Shown piece after piece: positions 49,460 through 58,925 of a stretch of DNA of 64,000 bases. The DNA comes from Betaproteobacteria bacterium (lineage in GTDB: Bacteria > Pseudomonadota > Gammaproteobacteria > Burkholderiales > JAHFQX01): contig JAHFQX010000008.1 in assembly GCA_023259135.1 (NCBI GenBank), forward strand, positions 3,191 through 67,190, given 5' to 3'. The translations under genes were made by a program, and so were the position numbers. Each line of letters begins with the position of its first letter. Positions within the stretch are counted from its first letter, which is position 1. A model generated the notes under the pieces. The model worked only from the letters and a program-made list of their open reading frames with translations. It did no database searches and had not been told where the DNA came from.

Positions 49460-50425
49460 TTACTCGACCTTGACGTTGGCCTTCTTGACGATGGTCGGCC
49501 AGCGAGCCAAGTCGGCCTTGATGATGGCGGCGAATTGCTCGGGGGTGCCACCGCCGGGTTCCAGGGCCGAGACGGCCAGGCGTTCCCGCACGTCGGGGAA
49601 CTGGAGGATCCTGTTGATTTCGGCGTTGAGCTTGTTGACGATTTCCTTAGCAGTGCCGGCGGGGGCCATGATCCCCAGCCAAGCCACGACCTCGAAGGGA
49701 AGGCCGGCCTCGGCCATGGTGGGAATGTCCGGCATGGCCGGAGAACGCTTGGGGCTGGCCACCGCGAGGCCTCGCAGCTTGCCGCTCTTCAGGTGGGGAA
49801 TGGAGGTGACGGGGGTATCAAGGGCATAGTGCAACTGGCCGCCGATGAGGTCGGTGAGCATGGGGGCGGTGCCCTTGTAAGGCACGTTCACCGTGTCGAT
49901 GCCGGCTATGTCCTCGAACATCTCGCTGGCCAAGTGGGTGATGCTGCCGCTGCCCACGGTGCCGTAGTTCAATTTTCCCGGATTCGCCTTGGCGTAGGCC
50001 AGAAACTCCTTGAAAGTTTTGACGGGCACGGACGGGTGGACCACCAGCACCAGGGAAGAGAAACCGGCTTGGATGATGGGGATTAGATCCTTGGCCGGAT
50101 CGTAGGGCAGCTTGAACAAGCTGGGATTGATGGTGTAGGTGCTGGCCACTAGGCCGATGGTATGGCCATCGGGGGCTGCTTTGGCCAGAGCTTCGGTGCC
50201 GATGATGGTGTTGCCGCCGGGACGGTTCTCCACCACCACTTGCTGACCCAGGCTCTCGGAGAGCTTCTGGGCGACGATGCGGCTAAAAGTATCGGTGGAG
50301 CCTCCCGGCGGGTAAGGCAACAGGAAGCGAATCGGCTTGCTGGGGTAGCTTTGCTGGGCGAGGGACTGGCCTGCGGCCAACAACAAAAAGGCCGTAATTG
50401 CGGCAAAACGCTTAATCCATGGCAT
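49460..50425 (-). CDS. Bug-family (TctC-type) periplasmic solute-binding protein
   Basis: 321 aa from ATG 50425 (GGAG upstream). Signal peptide, then QQSYPSKPIRFLLPYPPGGSTD. Confidence 0.85.
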   Translation of the reverse strand: MPWIKRFAAITAFLLLAAGQSLAQQSYPSKPIRFLLPYPPGGSTDTFSRIVAQKLSESLGQQVVVENRPGGNTIIGTEALAKAAPDGHTIGLVASTYTINPSLFKLPYDPAKDLIPIIQAGFSSLVLVVHPSVPVKTFKEFLAYAKANPGKLNYGTVGSGSITHLASEMFEDIAGIDTVNVPYKGTAPMLTDLIGGQLHYALDTPVTSIPHLKSGKLRGLAVASPKRSPAMPDIPTMAEAGLPFEVVAWLGIMAPAGTAKEIVNKLNAEINRILQFPDVRERLAVSALEPGGGTPEQFAAIIKADLARWPTIVKKANVKVE

Positions 50426-50498
50426 GACTTGGGTCTCCAGGCTAATTAGTACAAACAGCCCCGCGATTCTATAGGGAGCAGCGCAGGGCTCCAAACTT

Positions 50499-51476
50499 TC
50501 ATTCCAATTTTATGCCCGAGGCCTTAATGACCTTGGCCCATTTCTCCGTCTCGGATTTTGCGAAGGCGGTGAATTGCTCTGAATCCAAAGGCAGGGGGTC
50601 GAGCCCATTAGCTAGGAATTTCTCTTTCATCTCCGGCAGGTTGACGATTCGCAATACCTCGTTCTGCATTTTCGTGACGATAGCTTTGGGCACACCCGCC
50701 GGCATGACGATCCCCAGCCACGAATAGGCTTCGAATCCCGGCGCCCCGGCTTCGGCCATGGTGGGTAGGTCCGGAAACATGGCGGAGCGCTTGGGGGTGG
50801 TGACCGCCAGGGCTTTGACTCGCCCGCTTTTCATCTGGGGCAGGGTGGTGACTGGGGGTTCGAAAGTGAACGCCACTTCTCCCGACATGACCGCCATCAG
50901 GCCAGGGGCCGTGCCCTTGTAAGGCACTGCCACGATGTCGGTACTGGTCACCGATTTGAAGAGTTCTCCCGTCAAATGCACGGTAGCGGTCCCTGCTGAG
51001 TAATTCAGTTGGCCGGGCTTGGATTTGGCCAACTGAATGAGATCCTTGACTGATTGAATGGGGACGGAAGGGTTTACCACCAGCACCAAAGGCGTGGAAG
51101 CCATCATAGCCACCATGGTGAAGTCCTTGACCGGATCGTAGGGTAGCTTGTTGTAAAGGGACACATTGGTGGCGTGGGTGCTGAGCACCGCCATGAACAT
51201 GGTATGGCCGTCGGGCGCGGACTTCGCGGTGATTTCCGAGGCGATGATACCGTTGGCCCCCGGTCGACTGTCCACCACCACCGGCTGCCCCCAGGCCTCG
51301 GTGAGCTTTTGGCCCACGATGCGCGCCACGATGTCGGTAGCGCCGCCGGGGGCGAAGGGAATGATGAAGCGGATCGGCTTGCTGGGATAGGTCTGGGCCA
51401 GGACCTGGGCGGGCGCGCCGATTGCCAGGGTAGCGGCAAGTGCGAGGCGGGGAACTGCTTTCAATAAAAGGTTCAT
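50499..51476 (-). CDS. Bug-family (TctC-type) periplasmic solute-binding protein
   Basis: 325 aa from ATG 51476. AQTYPSKPIRFIIPFAPGGATD. Confidence 0.85.
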   Translation of the reverse strand: MNLLLKAVPRLALAATLAIGAPAQVLAQTYPSKPIRFIIPFAPGGATDIVARIVGQKLTEAWGQPVVVDSRPGANGIIASEITAKSAPDGHTMFMAVLSTHATNVSLYNKLPYDPVKDFTMVAMMASTPLVLVVNPSVPIQSVKDLIQLAKSKPGQLNYSAGTATVHLTGELFKSVTSTDIVAVPYKGTAPGLMAVMSGEVAFTFEPPVTTLPQMKSGRVKALAVTTPKRSAMFPDLPTMAEAGAPGFEAYSWLGIVMPAGVPKAIVTKMQNEVLRIVNLPEMKEKFLANGLDPLPLDSEQFTAFAKSETEKWAKVIKASGIKLE

Positions 51477-51508
51477 GATGAAATCCTGTGGAAAAGGGAT
51501 GACGAGGG

Positions 51509-52477
51509 TCAATCGACTTTGACGTTGGCTTCCTTCACTACCTTGGCGTATTTGGCGACGTCGGTTTGCAGAACCGTGCCGAACTGCTCGGGAGTGCTGG
51601 CCACCGGTTCGAAGCCCTGGCTCTGTAGCCGTTCTTTCATGGCGGGTTGTCTGATGAACTTGGCGATTTCGGCATTGAGCTTGCCGACGATCTCCTTCGG
51701 AGTCCCGGCCGGGGCCAGGATACCTACCCAAGCCGCCAGTTCGTAGCCGGGAAGACCGGCTTCCTGGGAAGTCGGCACGTCCGGCAGAGCGGGGCTGCGT
51801 TTCTGGGTGGCGATAACCAGCGGGCGCAGCTTGCCGGCCTTGATGTAGGGGGTGACCACCGCCATATCCGGGAACATAACCTGTATTTGACCCGCCAGCA
51901 GATCGGTGACCGCGGGAGCACTGCCCTTGTAGGGCACATGGACCAATTGGGTGCCGGTCATGGATTTGAATATTTCTCCCGCCAAATGGCTGGCCCCGCC
52001 GTTGCCGGAAGAACCGAAGTTGAGCTGACCGGGCTTGGCCTTGGCCAGGGCGATGAATTCCTTCATCGATTGGGCGGGCACCGAAGGGTGAACCACCAAC
52101 CCCAGGGGAATGGAGGCCAGCAGGATGACGGGGGTGAAATCCTTCACGGCATCGAAGGGCAGTTTCGGATAGACGCTGGGATTGATGGCATGTCCCACAT
52201 TGACCAGCAAGATGGTATGGCCATCCGGGGCGGATTTCGCCACGACGTCGGCGCCGATGCGGCCGGCGGCGCCGGGGCGGTTTTCAACCACCACGGGCTG
52301 CCCCCAAGTTTCGGTGAGATGCTTGGCTACTTCCCGGGCCAGCACATCGGTGCTGCCGCCCGCCGGGATAGGGGCGATGAAGCGGATCGGCTTCGACGGA
52401 TAGCTTTGGGCGAGAGCGGGTCCCGCGAGTGCGGCGGCAAGGCACCCGCTTAAGAAGAGGGTTCTGAGCAAACGCAT
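51509..52477 (-). CDS. Bug-family (TctC-type) periplasmic solute-binding protein
   Basis: 322 aa. AQSYPSKPIRFIAPIPAGGSTD. Confidence 0.85.
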   Translation of the reverse strand: MRLLRTLFLSGCLAAALAGPALAQSYPSKPIRFIAPIPAGGSTDVLAREVAKHLTETWGQPVVVENRPGAAGRIGADVVAKSAPDGHTILLVNVGHAINPSVYPKLPFDAVKDFTPVILLASIPLGLVVHPSVPAQSMKEFIALAKAKPGQLNFGSSGNGGASHLAGEIFKSMTGTQLVHVPYKGSAPAVTDLLAGQIQVMFPDMAVVTPYIKAGKLRPLVIATQKRSPALPDVPTSQEAGLPGYELAAWVGILAPAGTPKEIVGKLNAEIAKFIRQPAMKERLQSQGFEPVASTPEQFGTVLQTDVAKYAKVVKEANVKVD

Positions 52478-52564
52478 GATAATCCTTTAGGCGTGGGTTT
52501 AACGATGGGGGTATTGCAAGCGGCTCAATCCACCTTGGCTCCGGAAGCGTGGGGTAGGGGTTTC

Positions 52565-53791
52565 TCAAATAATTCCGCGAGCGGCGAGATCGGCCATATC
52601 CGGGTCGCTCAACCCCAGCAACCCTTGGAGAATTTCCCGGTTATGCTGTCCGAGGGTGGGGGGCGTTTCATGGCGTATCGTGGCGTCCGAGAAACGCATC
52701 GGGTTGGCGATCATGGGCATGCTTCCGGACAGCGGATGGGGCACTTCGATTTGCATCCCACGATGCCGGACCTGGGGATCGGCCAGTGCCTGGGCCACAT
52801 CGTTAATGGGGCCGCAGCCCACCCCGGCGTTTTCCAGGGCGTTGCTCCAATAAGCGCCATCCTCGCGGCTCAGCAGCTCTTCCAGAATCGACACCAACAG
52901 GTCACGGTTTTCCAGGCGCTTGACGTTCTTGCTGAAGCGCTCGTCCTTGGCCAACTCGGGTTTGCCCAGCACCTTGCAGAAATTGGCGAATTGGCCGTCG
53001 TTGCCTACCGAGACCATGATCTGTCCTCCTTTGCACGACAGCACTTGGTAGGGCACCAAGGTGGGGTTGTCGTTGCCCCAGCGCTGCGGGATTTTGCCGC
53101 TGACCAGGTAGTTGAGGTGGATGTGGGACAGCATGGCGATTTCCACGTCCAGCAGGGCGGCATCGATGTATTGGCCTGTTCCGGAAACATGGTCGCGGTG
53201 ATAGAGCGCCGCCAGAATCGCCGACGCGGAATGCATGCCGGTCATGAGATCGACGATAGGCAGCCCGACCCGCATGGGGCCGCCGCCGGGACGGCCGTCT
53301 CGCTCGCCGGTAACGCTCATCAATCCGCCCATGGCCTGAAAGATCGGGTCGTAGCCGGCCCGGGGGCTGTAGGGACCGTCCTGGCCGAAGCCGGTGACCG
53401 AGCAGTACACCAGCCGCGGGTTGACCTGCCGGAGATCTTCATAACCCAGGCTGTAGCGGGCCAAGGTGCCCAGCTTGTAGTTTTCCACCAACACGTCGGA
53501 CTGGGCGGCGAGTTTCCGAATGAGATCCTGTCCCTCGGGTTTGGAAATATCGAGAGTGACGGATTTTTTATTGCGGTTGAAAGCCAGATAGGTGACCGAC
53601 TCGCTGGTCTCTTTTCCATCCCGATCCTTCAGATAGGGGCCGCCCATGGTGCGGGTATCGTCCCCGGTGCCGGGACGTTCGATCTTGATGACTTCCGCGC
53701 CGTAATCCGCCAGGGTCTGGCAAGCTAGAGGCCCCGCCAGGATGCGGGTGATGTCGATGACGCGGATGTTGGGCAGCAGGGTTTTTGCCAT
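52565..53791 (-). CDS. Family III (CaiB/BaiF) CoA-transferase
   Basis: 408 aa from ATG 53791. LPNIRVIDITRILAGPLACQTLADYGAEVIKIERPGTGDDTR. Confidence 0.85.
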   Translation of the reverse strand: MAKTLLPNIRVIDITRILAGPLACQTLADYGAEVIKIERPGTGDDTRTMGGPYLKDRDGKETSESVTYLAFNRNKKSVTLDISKPEGQDLIRKLAAQSDVLVENYKLGTLARYSLGYEDLRQVNPRLVYCSVTGFGQDGPYSPRAGYDPIFQAMGGLMSVTGERDGRPGGGPMRVGLPIVDLMTGMHSASAILAALYHRDHVSGTGQYIDAALLDVEIAMLSHIHLNYLVSGKIPQRWGNDNPTLVPYQVLSCKGGQIMVSVGNDGQFANFCKVLGKPELAKDERFSKNVKRLENRDLLVSILEELLSREDGAYWSNALENAGVGCGPINDVAQALADPQVRHRGMQIEVPHPLSGSMPMIANPMRFSDATIRHETPPTLGQHNREILQGLLGLSDPDMADLAARGII

Positions 53792-53844
53792 GAATGTACG
53801 GTTCTCGATGGGGCTGGGCGGCCTAAGCTGGGCCGCAAAAATGA

Positions 53845-54822
53845 TTACTCCAGCTTGATATTCGCGGTTTTGATGACCTGGCCGAATTTTGTCATGTCGG
53901 ATTTGATCAGGGCCGCGAACTGGTTGGGGGTGGAGACGAAGGGTTCCAGCCCTTGGCTGACCAGCTTCTCTTTCATGTCGGGCATGGTCAGGATTTTGGC
54001 GATTTCCGTGTTGAGCTTGTTGACGATCTCCTTGGGGGTGCCGGCCGGCGCCAGGACTCCCATCCATAGCTGGAAGTCGTAATTCGGCAGCCCGGCCTCG
54101 GCGAAGGTGGGCACCTGAGGCAGGGCTGCAAGGCGGGTTTTGCCGGTGATGGCGATGGCTTTAAGTTTTCCGGATTTTATATGGGGGATGGAAGTGATAG
54201 GGGTATCGAAGTTGAGCTGCACTTGGCCGCCGATCAAATCGGTCAGGGCGGGCGCCGTACCCTTATAGGGGACTTGCTGCATTTTTACCCCAGCGACGTT
54301 GTTGAACAGTTCCCCGGCGAGATGGGTCGAGCTGCCGGTTCCCACCGAGGCGAAATTCAGTTGCCCCGGCTTGGATTTCGCCAGGGCGATGAATTCCTGG
54401 AGGTTGTTGGCGGGCACTGAAGGGTGCAGCACCAGCACCAACTGGGTGGTGACCAGGGTTGCCACCGGGGTAAAGTCCTTGATGGGATCGTAGGGCAGGT
54501 TGGCAAGCAGGTGAGGAATGGTCGCGTGGGTGCTAGCGGCCAGGGAGATGGTGTAGCCGTCGGGCGGGGATTTGGCCAGGGCCTCGGAACCGATGACGGT
54601 GTTGCCGCCGGGCCGATTGTCGATGATGACCTGCTGGCCCCAGGCTTCGGTGAGCTTCTGGCCGATCAAGCGGGCCACGTTGCTGGTGCTGCCCCCCGGA
54701 GCGTAGGGGACGATGAAGCGGATGGGCTTGTTGGGATACCCCTGCTGGGCGGAGGCGGAACCGGCAAAGGCCAGCAGCAGGCTCAGGACCAATAAGCGGA
54801 TCGGGGCGGCAAAAAATCTCAT
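53845..54822 (-). CDS. Bug-family (TctC-type) periplasmic solute-binding protein
   Basis: 325 aa from ATG 54822 (GAGGAG upstream). AQQGYPNKPIRFIVPYAPGGSTS. Confidence 0.85.
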   Translation of the reverse strand: MRFFAAPIRLLVLSLLLAFAGSASAQQGYPNKPIRFIVPYAPGGSTSNVARLIGQKLTEAWGQQVIIDNRPGGNTVIGSEALAKSPPDGYTISLAASTHATIPHLLANLPYDPIKDFTPVATLVTTQLVLVLHPSVPANNLQEFIALAKSKPGQLNFASVGTGSSTHLAGELFNNVAGVKMQQVPYKGTAPALTDLIGGQVQLNFDTPITSIPHIKSGKLKAIAITGKTRLAALPQVPTFAEAGLPNYDFQLWMGVLAPAGTPKEIVNKLNTEIAKILTMPDMKEKLVSQGLEPFVSTPNQFAALIKSDMTKFGQVIKTANIKLE

Positions 54823-54906
54823 CGCGTTTCTCCTCGACGGGTTCGAGTCAAGGCCTCGCGGCATTGGGTTCCTGCCCGGGGGAGGCCGTCCCGGGCGGGA
54901 GTTCAA

Positions 54907-55704
54907 TTACTTTTGCTTGGCCAAATCGGCCAGGGCATTCGCGGTGGCTTCGTCCTCCGTCCGGAACCAGACTTCTCGCGAGATGGGATTGTTCATTTCC
55001 TCGACGATGTGGCCCACCAGTCCCACGGCCCGGGCGAAGACGCCGATGCCCCGGCATACTTTCCAGGAAAAGCCCATTTCGGAACATACCGCGCCGATGG
55101 CGCCGGTGGCGTTGATGGGCAGTTGTTTTCCATAAACCCGCTCGGCTTCCTGAGCCACCAACTGCATGAGTTCGACGTAGCGCCCATGGAAACCGGTTTC
55201 CTTGGCGATCTGGAACAGCCGCGGGGTGCGGGGGTCGATGGGCTTGTGCACCGGGTGGCCGATGCCGGGGATGATGCCGCCCCGCTGGTGGTAGGCCGCC
55301 ACGGTGGTCTTGGCCAGTTCCTTCAGATCGACGTTGGCCTTGGGGTCGGGCAAGGCTTCCTGCAGCAGCCGGGCCGAGCCTTCGGTGGTGCCGACGAACA
55401 CCGAGCCCAGCCCGAGCAGCCCGGCGGCCACCGCGCCCTGGATGCCTTCGGGGGCGCCCATGTAAGTCATGCGGGCGGCCAGGGCGCTGGGGGTGATGCC
55501 GTGCTCCACCAGGGTCACGGCGACGGCGTTGAACATGATGGATTCCTGGGAGTTGGGCAGCCGGCTGGTCATCTCCAGGAAGGCCATGTCGCCCAGGTTC
55601 AGCTTGCCGATGATGTCGGTGGTGATGTCCCGGCCCTTGACGACAATCTTGTCGGGCTTGCTCCAGCCCATGGTGGTGCGGATCGGTTGGGTGGGTCGCG
55701 TCAT
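54907..55704 (-). CDS. Citrate-synthase-fold small protein (citryl-CoA-lyase-like)
   Basis: 265 aa. GIIPGIGHPVHKPIDPRTPRL matches the GHxVxxxxDPR motif of the citrate synthase family. The length and layout resemble stand-alone citryl-CoA lyases. Confidence 0.7.
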   Translation of the reverse strand: MTRPTQPIRTTMGWSKPDKIVVKGRDITTDIIGKLNLGDMAFLEMTSRLPNSQESIMFNAVAVTLVEHGITPSALAARMTYMGAPEGIQGAVAAGLLGLGSVFVGTTEGSARLLQEALPDPKANVDLKELAKTTVAAYHQRGGIIPGIGHPVHKPIDPRTPRLFQIAKETGFHGRYVELMQLVAQEAERVYGKQLPINATGAIGAVCSEMGFSWKVCRGIGVFARAVGLVGHIVEEMNNPISREVWFRTEDEATANALADLAKQK

Positions 55705-55756
55705 GACGATTTCTCCTAACTTTGGAAGGGGTGTCGAAACGAAAATCCGGCGGCGC

Positions 55757-56911
55757 TTAAGCCTCGGGCAACCGCAAAACGTGCTTGGCCAGGATGTTGC
55801 GCTGAATCTCGTTGCTGCCGCCGTAGAAGGTGGCGGGGCGGGCGTAGTAGAAAGTGTTCACCGCGTCGATGGCGCGATCCTTGCAAAGAATGCCGGTGGC
55901 GATGGCGCCGGCGTTCCCCAGGGTTTCCAGGGTGAATTCGGTGATACGCTGAAAAGTTTCGGAAGCCCAGATTTTCAGCATGGAGACTTCCGGCCCCAGG
56001 GTCTCGCCGCCGTTGCGCATCACTTCGGCGAAGCGGGCGAAAGCGGAAGCCAGATCCTCCGTGTCCAGGCGCAGTTGGGCCAGTCGGTCGCAAAACACCG
56101 GGGCGTCCGTCAGGCCGCGTTCGGCCGCCAGGGCGGCGAGTTGGGCCAGGGCGAATTGGCAGTATTTGGGGCTGCCGATGAAGATGCGCTCGAAGCCCAG
56201 CAGCGCCTTAGCCAGGGTCCAGCCTCGATTCGGTTCTCCCACTAGGTTGCCGCGGTGGGTGCGGGCATTGTCGAAGAAGACCTGGCAAAATTCCTCGTGC
56301 CCGGCGATGTTGCGGATGGGCCGCACGGTGATGCCGGGGGAGCGCATGTCCATCATCAGGAAGCTGATGCCTTCTTGTTTCTTGGCCTGCTTGTCGGTGC
56401 GGGCCAGCAGGAAGATGTGGGTGGCGTCGTGGGCCATGGTGGTCCAGATTTTCGACCCGTTGATGACGTATTCATCCCCATCCAGCACGGCTTCGGTACG
56501 CAGGCTGGCGAGGTCGGAGCCGGCGTTGGGCTCCGAATAGCCTTGGCACCAGATATATTCGCCGGACAGGGTCGGAGGAAGGTATTTCCGTTGCTGTTCC
56601 GGGGTGCCGTAGCGGATGAGCAGCGGCCCCAGGTTGATGATGCCTTGGTCCGGGGTGCGGGCCGCGCCGTAGCTTTCCTGTTCCTCGATGAAGAGGAGCA
56701 ACTTGGCGGGGGACAGGCCCATGCCGCCGTGCTCCCGGGGCCAGGCCGGCGCGATCCAGCCGTGCCGGTAGAGGGTCGCCCACCAGTCTTGCACTTCCCG
56801 CCAGCGCGGCCTGCGGGACGCGTAGCGCAAGGACTCCGGATGGTGCTCGCGGAAAAAGCGCCGCACTTCATCGCGGAAAGTTTCGTCGTCCAGCGCATTC
56901 CAGTCTTGCAT
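55757..56911 (-). CDS. Acyl-CoA dehydrogenase family protein
   Basis: 384 aa from ATG 56911 (GGAG upstream; track start 57385 runs into dctM). WPREHGGMG, YSEPNAGSDLASL, and the C-terminal IYGGSNEIQRNILA-like motif (FYGGSNEIQRNILAKHVL). Confidence 0.85.
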   Translation of the reverse strand: MQDWNALDDETFRDEVRRFFREHHPESLRYASRRPRWREVQDWWATLYRHGWIAPAWPREHGGMGLSPAKLLLFIEEQESYGAARTPDQGIINLGPLLIRYGTPEQQRKYLPPTLSGEYIWCQGYSEPNAGSDLASLRTEAVLDGDEYVINGSKIWTTMAHDATHIFLLARTDKQAKKQEGISFLMMDMRSPGITVRPIRNIAGHEEFCQVFFDNARTHRGNLVGEPNRGWTLAKALLGFERIFIGSPKYCQFALAQLAALAAERGLTDAPVFCDRLAQLRLDTEDLASAFARFAEVMRNGGETLGPEVSMLKIWASETFQRITEFTLETLGNAGAIATGILCKDRAIDAVNTFYYARPATFYGGSNEIQRNILAKHVLRLPEA

Positions 56912-56928
56912 GGCGAAATCTCCGGGAG

Positions 56929-58218
56929 TCAAGCCCGCATGGTCTGGGGCAGCCAGAGTATCAACTGCGGGAACAGGCAGAACAAGGCGATGACGATCAG
57001 GTGAGCCACCACGTGAGGGCCCACCCCTCGAAACACCTCGTCCAGCGGTCGCTTGGTATAGCGGGAGACCACGAAAACGTTCAAGCCGACCGGCGGGGTG
57101 ACCATGCCCACTTCGGCGAGGACCACCACCATGACGCCGAACCAGACGGGGTCGAAGCCCAGCGCCTTGATCACCGGCAGCATCACCGGGATGGTGAGGA
57201 TCAAGATCGCCACCTGATCCATGAAGCAGCCCAGAATCAGGTAAATCAAAATGATCATGGCCATGATGACCCAGCGGTCCACCGGCCAGCCGCCGATGGC
57301 GGCGACGATTTGCTGGGTGGTCTGGGTCACGGTGAGAAAGTAGCCGAAGAAATGGGCCCCCAGGATGATCATGATGATCATGCAAGTGGTTTGGGCGGCC
57401 CGCATCAGGGCTTGGCGGGTCGCGGAGAAGCTGGCCTTGCCCATGAACAGCGCGATCAGGTAGGCGCCGAAAGCGCCGATGCCCGCGGCTTCGGTGGGGG
57501 TGGCGACGCCCAGGTAGATGATTCCGGTCACCGCCATGAACAGCAGCAGCATGGGCCAGACGACTTTGAGCGACAGGAATTTTTCCTTGAAAGTGTATTT
57601 CTGTCCCACCGGCGCCCGGCTGGGATCCCGCCAGACCAAGTAGAGCACGGTCAGACTGATGGCCAGCGTAACCATGAGGCCGGGGATGACGCCGCCGATG
57701 AGCAACTCGCCGATGGAGACATCGGCGATGATGCCGAACAGCACCAGCGCGATGCTGGGGGGAATCAGCATCGCCAGGGTGCCGGAAATGGCCACCACGC
57801 CGCAGGCCAGCTTGGGCTCGTAGCCGGCCTTGAGCATGGCCGGAATGCTGGTGGACGACAGCGTGGCCGCCGACGCGGTGCTGGATCCGGAGATGGCGCC
57901 GAATCCGGCCCCGGCGAAGGCGGTGGCGATGCCCAGGCCGCCGGGAATGCGTCCCACCCAGGTGGAGGCGGCTTTGAATAGATCGTCCGCCACGCCGCTG
58001 ATGATGACGAACTCCGCCATCAGCAGGAACATGGGGACGGTGATCAACTCGTAGGAACTAGCGGCGGACAAGGGAGCGGTGTCCATGATGCCTAGCACCA
58101 TGTTGAGGCCGCCGATGAAATAAAGCCCGGCGGCTCCGGAGATGGCCAGGGCGAAGCCCACCGGCACGCCGATGGCCAGCATGACGAGCAGGAATAGCGT
58201 AATGGAGAGGGCTAGCAT
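56929..58218 (-). CDS. dctM: TRAP transporter large permease
   Basis: 429 aa. MLALSITLFLLVMLAIGVPVGFALA..., GAISGSSTASAAT. Confidence 0.9.
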   Translation of the reverse strand: MLALSITLFLLVMLAIGVPVGFALAISGAAGLYFIGGLNMVLGIMDTAPLSAASSYELITVPMFLLMAEFVIISGVADDLFKAASTWVGRIPGGLGIATAFAGAGFGAISGSSTASAATLSSTSIPAMLKAGYEPKLACGVVAISGTLAMLIPPSIALVLFGIIADVSIGELLIGGVIPGLMVTLAISLTVLYLVWRDPSRAPVGQKYTFKEKFLSLKVVWPMLLLFMAVTGIIYLGVATPTEAAGIGAFGAYLIALFMGKASFSATRQALMRAAQTTCMIIMIILGAHFFGYFLTVTQTTQQIVAAIGGWPVDRWVIMAMIILIYLILGCFMDQVAILILTIPVMLPVIKALGFDPVWFGVMVVVLAEVGMVTPPVGLNVFVVSRYTKRPLDEVFRGVGPHVVAHLIVIALFCLFPQLILWLPQTMRA

Positions 58219-58219
58219 G

Positions 58220-58774
58220 TCAGAGGTCCTCGTCGTCGTGGGTGACTTCGCTAATTCCCACGGCGGTGGCGGAGCGCGTCGCCAAAGCCGTGGCCAGCGA
58301 AAATGTCCCGAACACCAGGCGCAGCAACAGCAATCCGACCCCTAGGGGGACGAATATCGCCGTGGCCCAGGTGGGCCACGGGATGGCCCCCGCCACCACG
58401 TCCCCGGCCTGGAGATTGTCCCAGAACTTGATGCTGCCCTGGTAGAGGATGCCGATCATCGCCACTGCGGTGAGGATGTAGCCGATCAACTCCATGACAT
58501 GCCGGGCATGGGGCGGAACGTGCCGGAAGATGATGTCCACCCGCACGTGGTGGTTGCTGGCCTGGGTGCTGGACACGGCCAGGAAGAACAAGGCCACCAT
58601 GAGATAGAGGGAGATCAAATCATAGGACCAGGCCAAGGGGGAATTGAAGAAGTAGCGCAGACCGACGTCGCAAAAGACGATGACCATGATGGCGAACAAG
58701 GCCACCGAGGCCACCGCCATCCAGATCGATTCCAGGAACAAAATCAGCCGGTGAGCCAGGTTCAGGGCTTTCAT
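58220..58774 (-). CDS. dctQ: TRAP transporter small permease
   Basis: 184 aa from ATG 58774 (GAGGAG upstream), four TM segments. The stop lies 1 nt before the dctM start. Confidence 0.8.
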   Translation of the reverse strand: MKALNLAHRLILFLESIWMAVASVALFAIMVIVFCDVGLRYFFNSPLAWSYDLISLYLMVALFFLAVSSTQASNHHVRVDIIFRHVPPHARHVMELIGYILTAVAMIGILYQGSIKFWDNLQAGDVVAGAIPWPTWATAIFVPLGVGLLLLRLVFGTFSLATALATRSATAVGISEVTHDDEDL

Positions 58775-58925
58775 CAAGGGTTTCTCCTCGTTTATTGAAC
58801 TAACAGCTTCATTGAGGGGAACCTGGCCGCCACTTTTTTTGCGGGCGGTTTCCAGCCGGCTCCCCATGCCCTTATTTTGGGCCAGGGGATGGTAACAGAA
58901 AGGGGAACTCTGTCAAACTTCCGGC

